A program made the position numbers and the translations under genes. Shown one piece after another: positions 1-8,674 of a DNA stretch of 24,284 nt. Numbering within the stretch: the stretch's first letter is position 1; every line of letters starts with the position of its first letter. The stretch covers positions 1 through 24,284 of the forward strand of contig JAHDCS010000039.1 in assembly GCA_020629755.1 (NCBI GenBank). The letters are read 5' to 3'. The DNA comes from Flavobacteriales bacterium. Lineage in GTDB: Bacteria; Bacteroidota; Bacteroidia; Flavobacteriales_G; JALEGO01. The notes under the pieces were generated by a model, which had not been told where the DNA came from, did not search any database, and was given only the letters and a program-made list of their open reading frames with translations.

Positions 1-251
1 TCCTTTTGTATTCAGTCAAATATACAAAATTAGGTGAAATTACGGACATTCAAAATTGTCTTAAACGCTTTATTTACTGCTGGGCTCAATGCCCCATGTG
101 AAAGATTTCAAGCAAGGGTAGTATGGCTACTGATATTGGTTAATACTTTACTTGTAGTTCTGCATTCTAAAGTGTTTTATAAAAAGATTAAATCTTTAAG
201 TTCAACATAAGAACTCAGGTTAATTTGTAAGGGGAATCGTGATTTTTCGTC

Positions 252-259
252 TATTTTTG
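252..259 (+). promoter_or_regulatory. Candidate Bacteroidetes sigma-A -7 box (TAttTTTG) upstream of the thioredoxin reductase gene
   Basis: Sequence TATTTTTG matches the Bacteroidetes -7 consensus TAnnTTTG and lies 18 nt upstream of the ATG at 277. A TTG at 225-227 could serve as a -33 element, but the spacer is longer than the usual 19-21 bp. No SD-like sequence is present, as expected for this phylum. Confidence 0.25.
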
Positions 260-276
260 TCTAATTAAAATAAACT

Positions 277-1230
277 ATGAGCCAAACATCAGAACACCAC
301 AAATGTGTCATTATCGGATCTGGGCCTGCGGGCTATACCGCTGCTATTTATGCTGCAAGAGCAGATATGAAGCCTGTTTTGTACCAAGGTATGGAGCCAG
401 GAGGGCAGCTTATGTTAACCACAGATGTCGATAATTTTCCGGGTTATCCTAAAGGCATAAATGGTGCGCAAATGATGTCTGATTTAAAAGAACAAGCCGA
501 AAGATTTGAGACAGATGTAAGAGACGGTTGGGTCACAAAAGTTGATTTCTCTAAAACACCTCATACATTAACAATCGGTGAAAACGAAAAAACATTGACT
601 GCAGACACGGTCATTATTTCAACCGGAGCTTCTGCTAAATGGTTAGGTTTAGAATCTGAGATCAGACTCAGAGATGCAGGAGGTGGTGTTTCTGCATGTG
701 CAGTGTGCGATGGGTTTTTTTATAAGGGGATGGATGTGGCTATTGTTGGGGCAGGCGATAGTGCCGCAGAAGAAGCTACTTATCTAGCCAAGCTATGTAA
801 TAAAGTATATATGTTGGTTCGAAAAGATCATTTTAGAGCGTCTAAAGCCATGCAGCATCGTGTAAACGCAACAGAAAACATCGAGGTGTTATTTAATACA
901 GAAACAAAAGAGGTTTTAGGTAAAGAAGCTGTTGAAGGGGTGAGAGTCATAAATACCAAAACAAATGAAGAGAAAGACTTGCCTATTTCTGGTTTTTTTG
1001 TGGCTATTGGACACAAGCCTAATACAGATCTTTTTAAAGAGTATTTAGAGTTAGACCAAACAGGCTATATCATCAATAAGCCTGGCACTTCTAAAACAAA
1101 TGTTGAAGGTGTTTTTGTGGCAGGCGATGCCGCTGATCACGTCTACAGACAAGCCATTACAGCTGCGGGTACTGGATGTATGGCAGCTTTAGATGCAGAG
1201 CGTTATTTAGCCTCTAAAGGCTTGCACTGA
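277..1230 (+). CDS. trxB: Thioredoxin-disulfide reductase (NADPH), 317 aa
   Basis: N-terminal FAD-binding GxGxxG (VIIGSGPAGYTAAIYAA). Redox-active CAVC motif in CAVCDG (nt 697-708). Second NADPH GxGxxA motif (VAIVGAGDSAAEEA). C-terminal GVFVAGD FAD motif. Length and motif order are typical of low-Mr TrxR. Confidence 0.93.
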   Translation: MSQTSEHHKCVIIGSGPAGYTAAIYAARADMKPVLYQGMEPGGQLMLTTDVDNFPGYPKGINGAQMMSDLKEQAERFETDVRDGWVTKVDFSKTPHTLTIGENEKTLTADTVIISTGASAKWLGLESEIRLRDAGGGVSACAVCDGFFYKGMDVAIVGAGDSAAEEATYLAKLCNKVYMLVRKDHFRASKAMQHRVNATENIEVLFNTETKEVLGKEAVEGVRVINTKTNEEKDLPISGFFVAIGHKPNTDLFKEYLELDQTGYIINKPGTSKTNVEGVFVAGDAADHVYRQAITAAGTGCMAALDAERYLASKGLH

Positions 1231-1259
1231 TTTACAGTAATAGTCGTTCAACACTTTTT

Positions 1260-4200
1260 TTATTGTGGAGCCTGTGGCTTTTGAAAAGAAATTTTGATTG
1301 AGCTAAGTCTTGCTACTAAGGTATTTAAAGCGTCCAAAACTCTAGAGAATATATTTCTATACAGGGTAAATGCTAAGATCAATGACATTACCCATATCAC
1401 AAGCATATTAACCCAATAGGTTTCAATGGATTGGCCAAATAACTTTTTAGTTGGGGCATAAAAATGGGTGCGCAAAGAGTCTCCGTCTTTATAGACAGGG
1501 TCAGCCTTTTGAATGATGGTATTGTCGTGCTCAATGATAAACTTTAAGTCTTTTTTATTGGTTACAAATTCGCTTAAGGCCGTGTTTTCATACTTGCTTT
1601 TTAGAATGTTAAGCCCTTCTTTTCCGCCATAGGTTTTGTATAGTTGTTCAATGATTTGATCTTTTTCGCGCCCCTTTTTATTGAACTGCTTTAAATATTT
1701 TTTGCCAATTGATTTTAATAATAAGCTGGTATTTTCAATATCATTATCAGAGAGCCTTTGATTGTTTAAATACTCAATATCTGAACTGCTAAACTTACTA
1801 TTTTCAAAAGATTCTTTTAAAAGCTGATCGCGCAATATGGTTTTTGAGGTTTGGTAGGTCTTATCAAATTCTTTTTTTTGATTTTTAGTTCTGATAATGG
1901 CCAGTTTACTTTCTAGTTTAGGCACTAAGAAGTTTTTCTTATAATTTGCTTCGCTCATTTGTTTTTGGACATTAAAAAAATGACGATTGTATTTATTGTG
2001 TTTAAACTGATATACACTTAGGGCTTCATAAGCCCAACGCGAAGCCATTGCATCTCCAATCAATGGTACAATTTCTTGTGAGGTTACAGCCGGATTAAGT
2101 TTATCAAAGCGCACAATAATGCCACTAAAAAGAAGCTGAGGAATAATTAAAAATGGGATTAATATATATATGGTAACGGCTGAATTAAAAGTAGAAGAGA
2201 TATTTAATCCAACCATATTGGCAAAACAAGCTGTACTAAACAAGGCAAACCAATAGATTAGATGCATGTCTTTAATGCCTAAAATGCTATTTCCAACAAG
2301 TACAAATAATAGCATTTGAATAGCGGATACACAAAACATTAAAAGGATTTTAGACATCAAATAGGTACCATTACTCAAGTTTAGAAAAGACTCTCTTTTG
2401 CGTATTTTCTGATCTCTATAAATTTCTTCGGCACTTACGGTCATACCAATAAAAAGTGCAACGACAATAGAAATGAAAATAAACACCGGAATATTGCCGT
2501 TTTCCATATACGAATAGCCTGTTATATTTTCAATATCGGCATCATAGAATCGAGTGAAATAGCCTAGAATAAAAGCCAGCAAAGGTGTCTCAAGAAGATT
2601 AATCATCAAATACTGCTTGTTTGATAATTTACTTAGCACATCTCGTTTTAAAAAGATTTTAAATTGCTGCCATCTACTTGGCACTTCAAAATTGTTATTT
2701 ATTTTCTCTCTCTTTTTCTTTTTGGGGGGGATGAAGACGTCGTTTTGAATGTTTTCTAAATAATAAGAATTCCATTTTTTTGGAGAAAAACGCCGATTGT
2801 CAGTCACTCTACCATATTCATCAATGACTCTAGATTCAATGGTGTTAAAGATTTGTTCTGGATTTACATTACCGCATTTTCCGCATTCATTTTCTTGTGC
2901 ATTTGCATGATTCACCAAACGTTTAAAGTAAACAATGGCATCAATAGGGTTGCCATAATAGATCGGATATCCGCCTACATCTAAAATAATCAGCTGATCA
3001 AACATTTTAAATATGTCAGACGATGGCTGGTGGATCACCACAAACACGAGCTTATTTTTTAAGGTCAGCTCTTTGAGTAAATCCATGATGTTTTCTGAAT
3101 CTCTTGAAGAGAGACCGGAGGTGGGTTCATCAGCAAATAAAACCTGAGGTTCTCTTAAAAGTTCAAGACCAATATTCACACGCTTTCTTTGACCACCGCT
3201 TATGATTTTTTCTAGAGGATTACCTACTTTAAGATGCTTGATTTCTTCTAGCCCAAGATTGACCAGTAAGTCATTAACCAACAATTCAATTTCTTGGTCT
3301 GTTTTGTGTTTAAAACACAGCTTGGCATTAAAAAATAGATTTTGAAAAACAGACAATTCTTCCATTAGAAGGTCGTCTTGAGAGACGTATCCAATAACGC
3401 CTTCCATTTGATCTTTCTGTTTATGAATATCGACATCATTAATCGTGACTGCTCCCTTAGACGGAGCATAGTTTCCATTTAAAATATTTAATAGAGTAGA
3501 CTTTCCAGCACCGCTACCGCCCATTATGGCAATAAGTTTACCTGACTCTTCTTTAAAAGAAAATTCATGCAATCCTTTTGCTTTGTTTTTAAATTCATAC
3601 TCTAGTTTATCAGCCTTAAAAATAATTTTTTGTTCTCCTTCTTTTGATAAAAAGCGTTTTTGAACATCGCTATAATATATCGGCGACATTTTAGATCCTC
3701 TAATAGAAGATCCAGAGCTGAGAATATAACTTCTATTAGTGCTAATGAGCTGACTGTTAAGGCTAATCTCTTGGCTACCAAAGTAGCGAAAGAAATAGAG
3801 ATTTACGCTATCTATTCGTAAGATCACAATAGGAGAGTCAAGCCCTTCTGTAATGATTTTTTTGTTTAAATGCGGAGAAAATTCTTGTCCTCCAATAATA
3901 AGAATACTCTGGTCAGCCGCTATATTTTGTGCTCTAGAGGTGATAAACTTATAGCATTTCGCATATTCCTGAGTAGAGATGTTAAAGGTGTCACTTATGG
4001 TAATGGTAATTTCTTTCTCAAGATCTGAGAGCTCATCTTTATCAAAGTACAGGTACTCAAATATTCTAAGCAGTACTATGATTTTTTGATTCTGCTTAAG
4101 TTCTTGGTTAATCTGAGTACAGATTTTTAAAATCTTAACAGAACTCAAAGAGGTCTTTTTCTTTCTGGAGTCTTTTATTTTTTTGAGATTATGATGCTTA

Positions 4201-4364
4201 TTCAGATAGTCATCAAATAACTTTAGATAGGTCTGAACCAAATCATCACTTAATTGCTGGGTTAAGAATAACTCCACAATCTTACGGTTTCTATGAGAAG
4301 TAACTTCAGGATTAGAAACCACTGCAAAAAGTTGCATCAAGGCACGAAGTAGACGTTCGCTCAT
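1260..4364 (-). CDS. Large ABC transporter fusion protein, 1034 aa. Order of parts: N-terminal ~270-aa extension, ABC ATPase domain, ABC-2-type permease domain with 6 TM helices, ~230-aa insertion, terminal TM helix
   Basis: Walker A GGSGAGKSTLLNILNG. ABC signature LSGGQRKRVNIGLELL. Walker B VLFADEPTSGLS. H-loop VIHQPS. This NBD-TMD order is ABCG/White-like. Hydrophobic helices follow (YLMINLLETPLLAFILGYF, IPVFIFISIVVALFIGM, LMFCVSAIQMLLFVLVG, IYWFALFSTACFANMVGL, IYILIPFLIIPQLLFSGIIV). A long lysine-rich region precedes a final TM helix (YWVNMLVIWVMSLILAFTLY). The N-terminal extension includes a beta-rich segment that could be FHA-like (inference only). Confidence 0.85.
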   Translation of the reverse strand: MSERLLRALMQLFAVVSNPEVTSHRNRKIVELFLTQQLSDDLVQTYLKLFDDYLNKHHNLKKIKDSRKKKTSLSSVKILKICTQINQELKQNQKIIVLLRIFEYLYFDKDELSDLEKEITITISDTFNISTQEYAKCYKFITSRAQNIAADQSILIIGGQEFSPHLNKKIITEGLDSPIVILRIDSVNLYFFRYFGSQEISLNSQLISTNRSYILSSGSSIRGSKMSPIYYSDVQKRFLSKEGEQKIIFKADKLEYEFKNKAKGLHEFSFKEESGKLIAIMGGSGAGKSTLLNILNGNYAPSKGAVTINDVDIHKQKDQMEGVIGYVSQDDLLMEELSVFQNLFFNAKLCFKHKTDQEIELLVNDLLVNLGLEEIKHLKVGNPLEKIISGGQRKRVNIGLELLREPQVLFADEPTSGLSSRDSENIMDLLKELTLKNKLVFVVIHQPSSDIFKMFDQLIILDVGGYPIYYGNPIDAIVYFKRLVNHANAQENECGKCGNVNPEQIFNTIESRVIDEYGRVTDNRRFSPKKWNSYYLENIQNDVFIPPKKKKREKINNNFEVPSRWQQFKIFLKRDVLSKLSNKQYLMINLLETPLLAFILGYFTRFYDADIENITGYSYMENGNIPVFIFISIVVALFIGMTVSAEEIYRDQKIRKRESFLNLSNGTYLMSKILLMFCVSAIQMLLFVLVGNSILGIKDMHLIYWFALFSTACFANMVGLNISSTFNSAVTIYILIPFLIIPQLLFSGIIVRFDKLNPAVTSQEIVPLIGDAMASRWAYEALSVYQFKHNKYNRHFFNVQKQMSEANYKKNFLVPKLESKLAIIRTKNQKKEFDKTYQTSKTILRDQLLKESFENSKFSSSDIEYLNNQRLSDNDIENTSLLLKSIGKKYLKQFNKKGREKDQIIEQLYKTYGGKEGLNILKSKYENTALSEFVTNKKDLKFIIEHDNTIIQKADPVYKDGDSLRTHFYAPTKKLFGQSIETYWVNMLVIWVMSLILAFTLYRNIFSRVLDALNTLVARLSSIKISFQKPQAPQ

Positions 4365-4499
4365 AAGCTAAGAGACTTAGTTTTTAGTATCTCCTTCTTA
4401 CGCGAATATGCTTAAAAGGTTATGTTTTTTGTTTGTCAAAAAAAAACAAAAGCAATATAAAGAGAATGGTTTCACCCTTTACAGGGCGCTAAAGAGAGA

Positions 4500-4910
4500 T
4501 TAATTAGATTTAAATCCAATTAACAAAACAGCGCAACCAGAGCCTAATTCATTGAGCTGAGCTTCTACAAATCCGTCAACAGTTGATTCCATCTTAAAAT
4601 CCCAATAAGGGCTGTTTTGATGATCTTTATTGGTAAACAGTAAATTTCTGTCATTGTCATATAGACTGAAAATTAAATTTCCGTCTGTTTCTCCACTACA
4701 TGCTGAAATACGGTAAGTAGACCCCCCATAAAAGGTACTTCTAAACTCGGCAATGTCATCTGCTTTTAATAAAGCACGGTACTGCTGTCCATCAGAGATA
4801 TAGTCTGCCGTAAAATTCTTTTTATTACAAATACTGGCAATGGTGTCGCATTGTGCATGAAGTGAAAAAGAAAACATCACAAATAAGATCAATTGAAATA
4901 AAGGTTTCAT
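4500..4910 (-). CDS. Small secreted protein or lipoprotein of unknown function, ~136 aa from the internal Met
   Basis: The ORF track gives 4500..4964, but the first 18 codons overlap the upstream gene. The internal Met (ATG at 4908-4910, minus strand) starts a classic signal peptide MKPLFQLILFVMFSFSLHAQ-C, so 4910 is the more plausible start. No recognisable catalytic motifs. Confidence 0.55.
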   Translation of the reverse strand: MKPLFQLILFVMFSFSLHAQCDTIASICNKKNFTADYISDGQQYRALLKADDIAEFRSTFYGGSTYRISACSGETDGNLIFSLYDNDRNLLFTNKDHQNSPYWDFKMESTVDGFVEAQLNELGSGCAVLLIGFKSN

Positions 4911-4932
4911 GTGTTTGGCTTTAATTAAAGGA

Positions 4933-5823
4933 TTATTCAACAATAGACGAACGGATTTGAGCAATTTTTGAAGAGATTTGTTCTATGACCTCGTCGCTAA
5001 TATCTACAGTTGTTTTATTTTTTATGACCGTAAGTTTTTCCTCTTCATTTACCTGAGGGTCTGCGTATTCATACGAAGCCGTAACTTGGTTGTATTCTTG
5101 TTCAAGGTCTTGAAGCGCTTCTACTAATTCTTTGTATTGATCAGAATCGTTATTGGAGAAGGTCACCATCATCTCAATTAAATTTGAGATTGAAAATTTT
5201 TGCTCACCAATACGTTGTTTAAGTTCTGCAGTTTTGTGATCCTTATAAATCTTTGTTGTAAAGTACAAGGCTTCAACCCATCCGCCAGCTAATACCAGGG
5301 CGCCTAAATCATTATTTTCATTTTCTTCTAGATAGGCATCTACCATTTTGTAAGCATCTGATACTAATAAGAGCAATGAGTCTGTATTGCCAAGATTATC
5401 TTGGAATTTTTCAACAAATTCAGGCGTAAAAGCACTTGATATACCAAGCTCGTCAGATAGTTTTTTTACAGAATTTAAGTAATGCACAGCATCTTGTGTT
5501 TGATTGTAAAGGTTCACATACCCTAAATCTGCTCCGTATACACCTAAATTAAGTCCTTGTTGGATTTTTGAATCGTATTTTGAGACGTCTTTGTAATCAC
5601 TTAAGATACTGTTGGTGTATTCAGCCCCTGATTTTTTTATAAGTATAGCGGTTTGAGCCGGAGAAGGTATACTAAATAACCGACCGCCTACCTTTGTCAC
5701 TTTTGCTTCTTCTGAAGAACCGTCTGATTGTGCATCATCATTAGATGCTGGCGTATTGCTCTGATCGCATGAAACTATACTCATACAGAAAAAGAGAAGA
5801 GCAAAAATGTGAAGATGTTTCAT
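4933..5823 (-). CDS. Lipoprotein of unknown function, 296 aa
   Basis: Signal peptide with lipobox-like MKHLHIFALLFFCMSIVS-C, followed by a low-complexity acidic/Ser-rich linker (DQSNTPASNDDAQSDGSSEE). The body of the protein is predicted alpha-helical. Codon usage matches neighbouring genes. It is co-directional with the upstream SSF gene and the downstream 154-aa ORF. Confidence 0.6.
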   Translation of the reverse strand: MKHLHIFALLFFCMSIVSCDQSNTPASNDDAQSDGSSEEAKVTKVGGRLFSIPSPAQTAILIKKSGAEYTNSILSDYKDVSKYDSKIQQGLNLGVYGADLGYVNLYNQTQDAVHYLNSVKKLSDELGISSAFTPEFVEKFQDNLGNTDSLLLLVSDAYKMVDAYLEENENNDLGALVLAGGWVEALYFTTKIYKDHKTAELKQRIGEQKFSISNLIEMMVTFSNNDSDQYKELVEALQDLEQEYNQVTASYEYADPQVNEEEKLTVIKNKTTVDISDEVIEQISSKIAQIRSSIVE

Positions 5824-5875
5824 TATAGTGTTTTTTAAAAGTACTCAATACAAAGATATAATTAAACCTATACTA

Positions 5876-7621
5876 TCAAAGAGTTGATGTGTTTTTTTGG
5901 AGTTTGAGTAAACTATATACAAATAAGAGTAGAAGGCTTACACATATAAGGGCATATTTAACATTCAGTGTCAACAGCGATTTGAATAAAAAAATGGTGC
6001 ATATGCCAATGGCAATAGCAGCAAGACAACTAAGTAATTGTAGAATTAATCTGCCTGTAGTTGAATCGCCTGTATGTATGCGTTCAAAAAAACTTTCGAG
6101 TATTTGACTGTCTGTTTTAGGGCTAAGAAATGTCACTATTATCCAACCAATTGTGGTGCAACATGTGGTAAGGTAAAAGCTATTGGTATGGGCTTGGTCG
6201 CTATCGCTTGTTTTAAGAAAGTAGAGTAAACTTACTGGATAGACGAAAAACGGGATACAGGTAGCGGATATTTCGCTCCATACATTAATGCGTTTGACGT
6301 ACCATCTAAGCATGAGTACTAAGCCTAGCCCAGCGCCTGCGCCTATGAGTATTTTCCAGGCCTGTTCGATAGACGAGAGTTGAGTGCACAGACCAAGACT
6401 GACGAGCGCTAATATGAGCTGACCGAGTTGTCCGTATCGGATTAATCTATTTTGACCAACAGCAGGGTTTAAGGGCTTTATCAGATCGTTAGTAAGTAAG
6501 CTCATGCCCCAATTGAGTTGTGTAGAAATAGTGCTCATATACGCAGACAAAAAGGCCACGATGAGCAAGCCTTTTGCGCCAGTAGGTAAAAAATGCTTCA
6601 TCGCTAAAATAAAACCTTGTTCTGGTTTTGCTAAGTCTGTGTATATGATTGTTGTGCAAAGTGCAATCACAATCCAAGGCCACGGACGAATACAGTAGTG
6701 TACGATTTGAAAGAACAGCAAAGATTTTTGAGCATTCTTTTCGTTTTTACTACTTAGCATTCTTTGTGCAATATATCCGCCCCCACCTGGTTCTGCTCCA
6801 GGGTACCAACTGGCCCACCACTGCAAACCCACAAAAGCAAAAAAAGTACCAAAGCTTAGTGTTAGGCTTTCTATATCTATATCAGGGGTCTGTGCATATT
6901 CTCCAAAGGGCCAGTATACTTCAGGAAATACGTTTAGTTTATCTGGATGTATTTTTTCGATTAATCCCTGTAATCCCCCAATTTGTGTATGATTAACCAA
7001 AATGACAGCCATCAGTACACATCCCCCCATAGCAATAAGAAATTGAAAGGCATCAGTGAACATTACCCCTTTTAAACCAGATAGATTGGTATACAACACT
7101 GTAAGGAGCAACAAACCTAAGAGAATTTGGTAGGCGTGCAGATCTGAATACCCAAAAAAAGTAGTGATAATGTCAAACATGGCGAGATTAACCCATGCCA
7201 TAATTAAGGCGTTTATCAATCCCCCCAAATAAAGAGATTTCATATACTTTAAAAGCCGAGTAGGCAGATGATCTCCATAGCGAAGCGATAGCAACTCAAG
7301 CTCTGTGCGCACACCAGCACGCTTCCATAATTTGGCAAAGAAAAACACAGTGACCATACCGCCAATCATCATATTCCACCACAACCAATTGCCCGAAATG
7401 CCATTTTTAGCGACTATCCCTGTGACCAATAAAGGGGTGTCAGCGGCAAAAGTAGTAGCCACCATAGAAAGTCCAACGATAAGCCAATGGGTGTTTTGTC
7501 CGCCTAAAAAAAAGCCCTCAAAATTCTGACTTGTTTTTTGACGTGCAAATAGGCCAATACCTACAGCCAAAAGAATGTAGAGCAAAATAATGACAAGATC
7601 TAAGGGTGCTAAAACATCCAT
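5876..7621 (-). CDS. Sodium:solute symporter family (SSF/SLC5-like) transporter, 581 aa
   Basis: Multi-pass membrane protein with ~13-14 hydrophobic helices. The N-terminal region (GFFLGGQNTHWLIVGLSMVATTFAADTPLLVTG ... ELLSLRYG) is typical of SSF symporters. A Gly-rich GAEPGGGGY loop is present. Confidence 0.8.
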   Translation of the reverse strand: MDVLAPLDLVIILLYILLAVGIGLFARQKTSQNFEGFFLGGQNTHWLIVGLSMVATTFAADTPLLVTGIVAKNGISGNWLWWNMMIGGMVTVFFFAKLWKRAGVRTELELLSLRYGDHLPTRLLKYMKSLYLGGLINALIMAWVNLAMFDIITTFFGYSDLHAYQILLGLLLLTVLYTNLSGLKGVMFTDAFQFLIAMGGCVLMAVILVNHTQIGGLQGLIEKIHPDKLNVFPEVYWPFGEYAQTPDIDIESLTLSFGTFFAFVGLQWWASWYPGAEPGGGGYIAQRMLSSKNEKNAQKSLLFFQIVHYCIRPWPWIVIALCTTIIYTDLAKPEQGFILAMKHFLPTGAKGLLIVAFLSAYMSTISTQLNWGMSLLTNDLIKPLNPAVGQNRLIRYGQLGQLILALVSLGLCTQLSSIEQAWKILIGAGAGLGLVLMLRWYVKRINVWSEISATCIPFFVYPVSLLYFLKTSDSDQAHTNSFYLTTCCTTIGWIIVTFLSPKTDSQILESFFERIHTGDSTTGRLILQLLSCLAAIAIGICTIFLFKSLLTLNVKYALICVSLLLLFVYSLLKLQKNTSTL

Positions 7622-7681
7622 CTAAATTGTTTTAGCAAGTATAGTGCTTTATCTTTAGATAATAAATGCTTTTCAAGAATA

Positions 7682-8653
7682 ATGAAAAAAATTGGAGTTT
7701 TAACCTCAGGCGGTGATGCGCCCGGTATGAATGCGGCACTAAGAGCCATCACAAAAACGGCTTTTGCGCAACACATTGAATGCATAGGCTTTTTAAATGG
7801 CTATGACGGATTGGTAGAGAATAATCATGTGGTTTTGAAAAATAAAAGTATTGCCAATATTATTCATAGAGGGGGTACGATACTTAAAACAGCCAGATCT
7901 AAGGCCTTTTTATCAAAAGAAGGCCGCGAAAAAGCGTTTCAAACCATTCAATCAATCGGTATAGACGCCATGATTGTGATTGGTGGAGATGGCACGTTTA
8001 CTGGGGCAGAAATCTTCGGAAACGAGTTTGATATCCCGATGGTTGGTTTGCCAGGGACTATTGATAATGATTTGTTTGGCACCGACTATACTATTGGTTA
8101 CGATACGGCTTTAAATACCGTGATTCAATGTGTCGATAAAATTCGTGATACTGCTCTTTCACACCACCGGTTATTTGTTGTTGAAGTGATGGGGAAGGAT
8201 GCAGGTTTTATTGCCCTTCGCTCAGGCATTGCAAGTGGCGCTGAGGCTGTCTTGGTGCCTGAATTTGAAAACCAAAGCGATCAGCTTGTACAAAGGCTTA
8301 AACAAGAACGACGAAAAGACAAACAATCGGGTATAGTGATTGTAGCCGAAGGCGATGACAGTGGCGGAGGGAGTGCCTTAACGGCTCTTTTAAAAGAACA
8401 TTTGCCACTCTACGATATTCGTTTGACTGTTCTTGGGCATATTCAAAGAGGCGGATCGCCTAGTGCATTAGATCGTGTGCTTGCTAGCAAACTAGGTGTT
8501 AGAGCTGTGAATGCTTTGCTTGAAAACAGAAAGGGCGTAGCTCTTGGCGTGAAAGGAATGGACGTCTCTGAGACCCCTTTTTCAAAAGCCATAAAACACA
8601 ATAAAACACTGAAAGCTAATTTGGTTGAGCTTATTGCTGTTTTAGGACAATAA
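7682..8653 (+). CDS. pfkA: ATP-dependent 6-phosphofructokinase, 323 aa
   Basis: N-terminal GVLTSGGDAPGMNAA. GGDGT motif. MGKDAGFIAL and substrate-binding HIQRGG. Length is canonical for bacterial PfkA. Confidence 0.93.
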   Translation: MKKIGVLTSGGDAPGMNAALRAITKTAFAQHIECIGFLNGYDGLVENNHVVLKNKSIANIIHRGGTILKTARSKAFLSKEGREKAFQTIQSIGIDAMIVIGGDGTFTGAEIFGNEFDIPMVGLPGTIDNDLFGTDYTIGYDTALNTVIQCVDKIRDTALSHHRLFVVEVMGKDAGFIALRSGIASGAEAVLVPEFENQSDQLVQRLKQERRKDKQSGIVIVAEGDDSGGGSALTALLKEHLPLYDIRLTVLGHIQRGGSPSALDRVLASKLGVRAVNALLENRKGVALGVKGMDVSETPFSKAIKHNKTLKANLVELIAVLGQ

Positions 8654-8674
8654 AGTTTGATTACACAGGCAAGT

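Noticed and set aside
828-1016. 62-aa antisense ORF within trxB
   Set aside because: It is fully contained in the strongly supported thioredoxin reductase CDS on the opposite strand.
4911-4964. Using the first ATG (4964) as the start of the 154-aa ORF
   Set aside because: That start would create a 32-nt overlap with the upstream lipoprotein gene and place 18 non-hydrophobic residues before the signal peptide. The internal Met at 4910 gives a canonical signal peptide.
5889-7529. Five small ORFs from the track (5889..6107 +, 6489..6683 -, 6504..6698 +, 6649..6996 +, 7305..7529 +) inside the SSF symporter gene
   Set aside because: They are embedded in or antisense to a well-supported 581-aa membrane-protein ORF. 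Their products are low-complexity with no signal or motif, which is typical of spurious shadow ORFs.
8654-8674. Bidirectional Rho-independent terminator between convergent pfkA and the 581-aa secreted-protein gene
   Set aside because: The 21-bp gap (with a T-run) shows no convincing GC-rich stem-loop.
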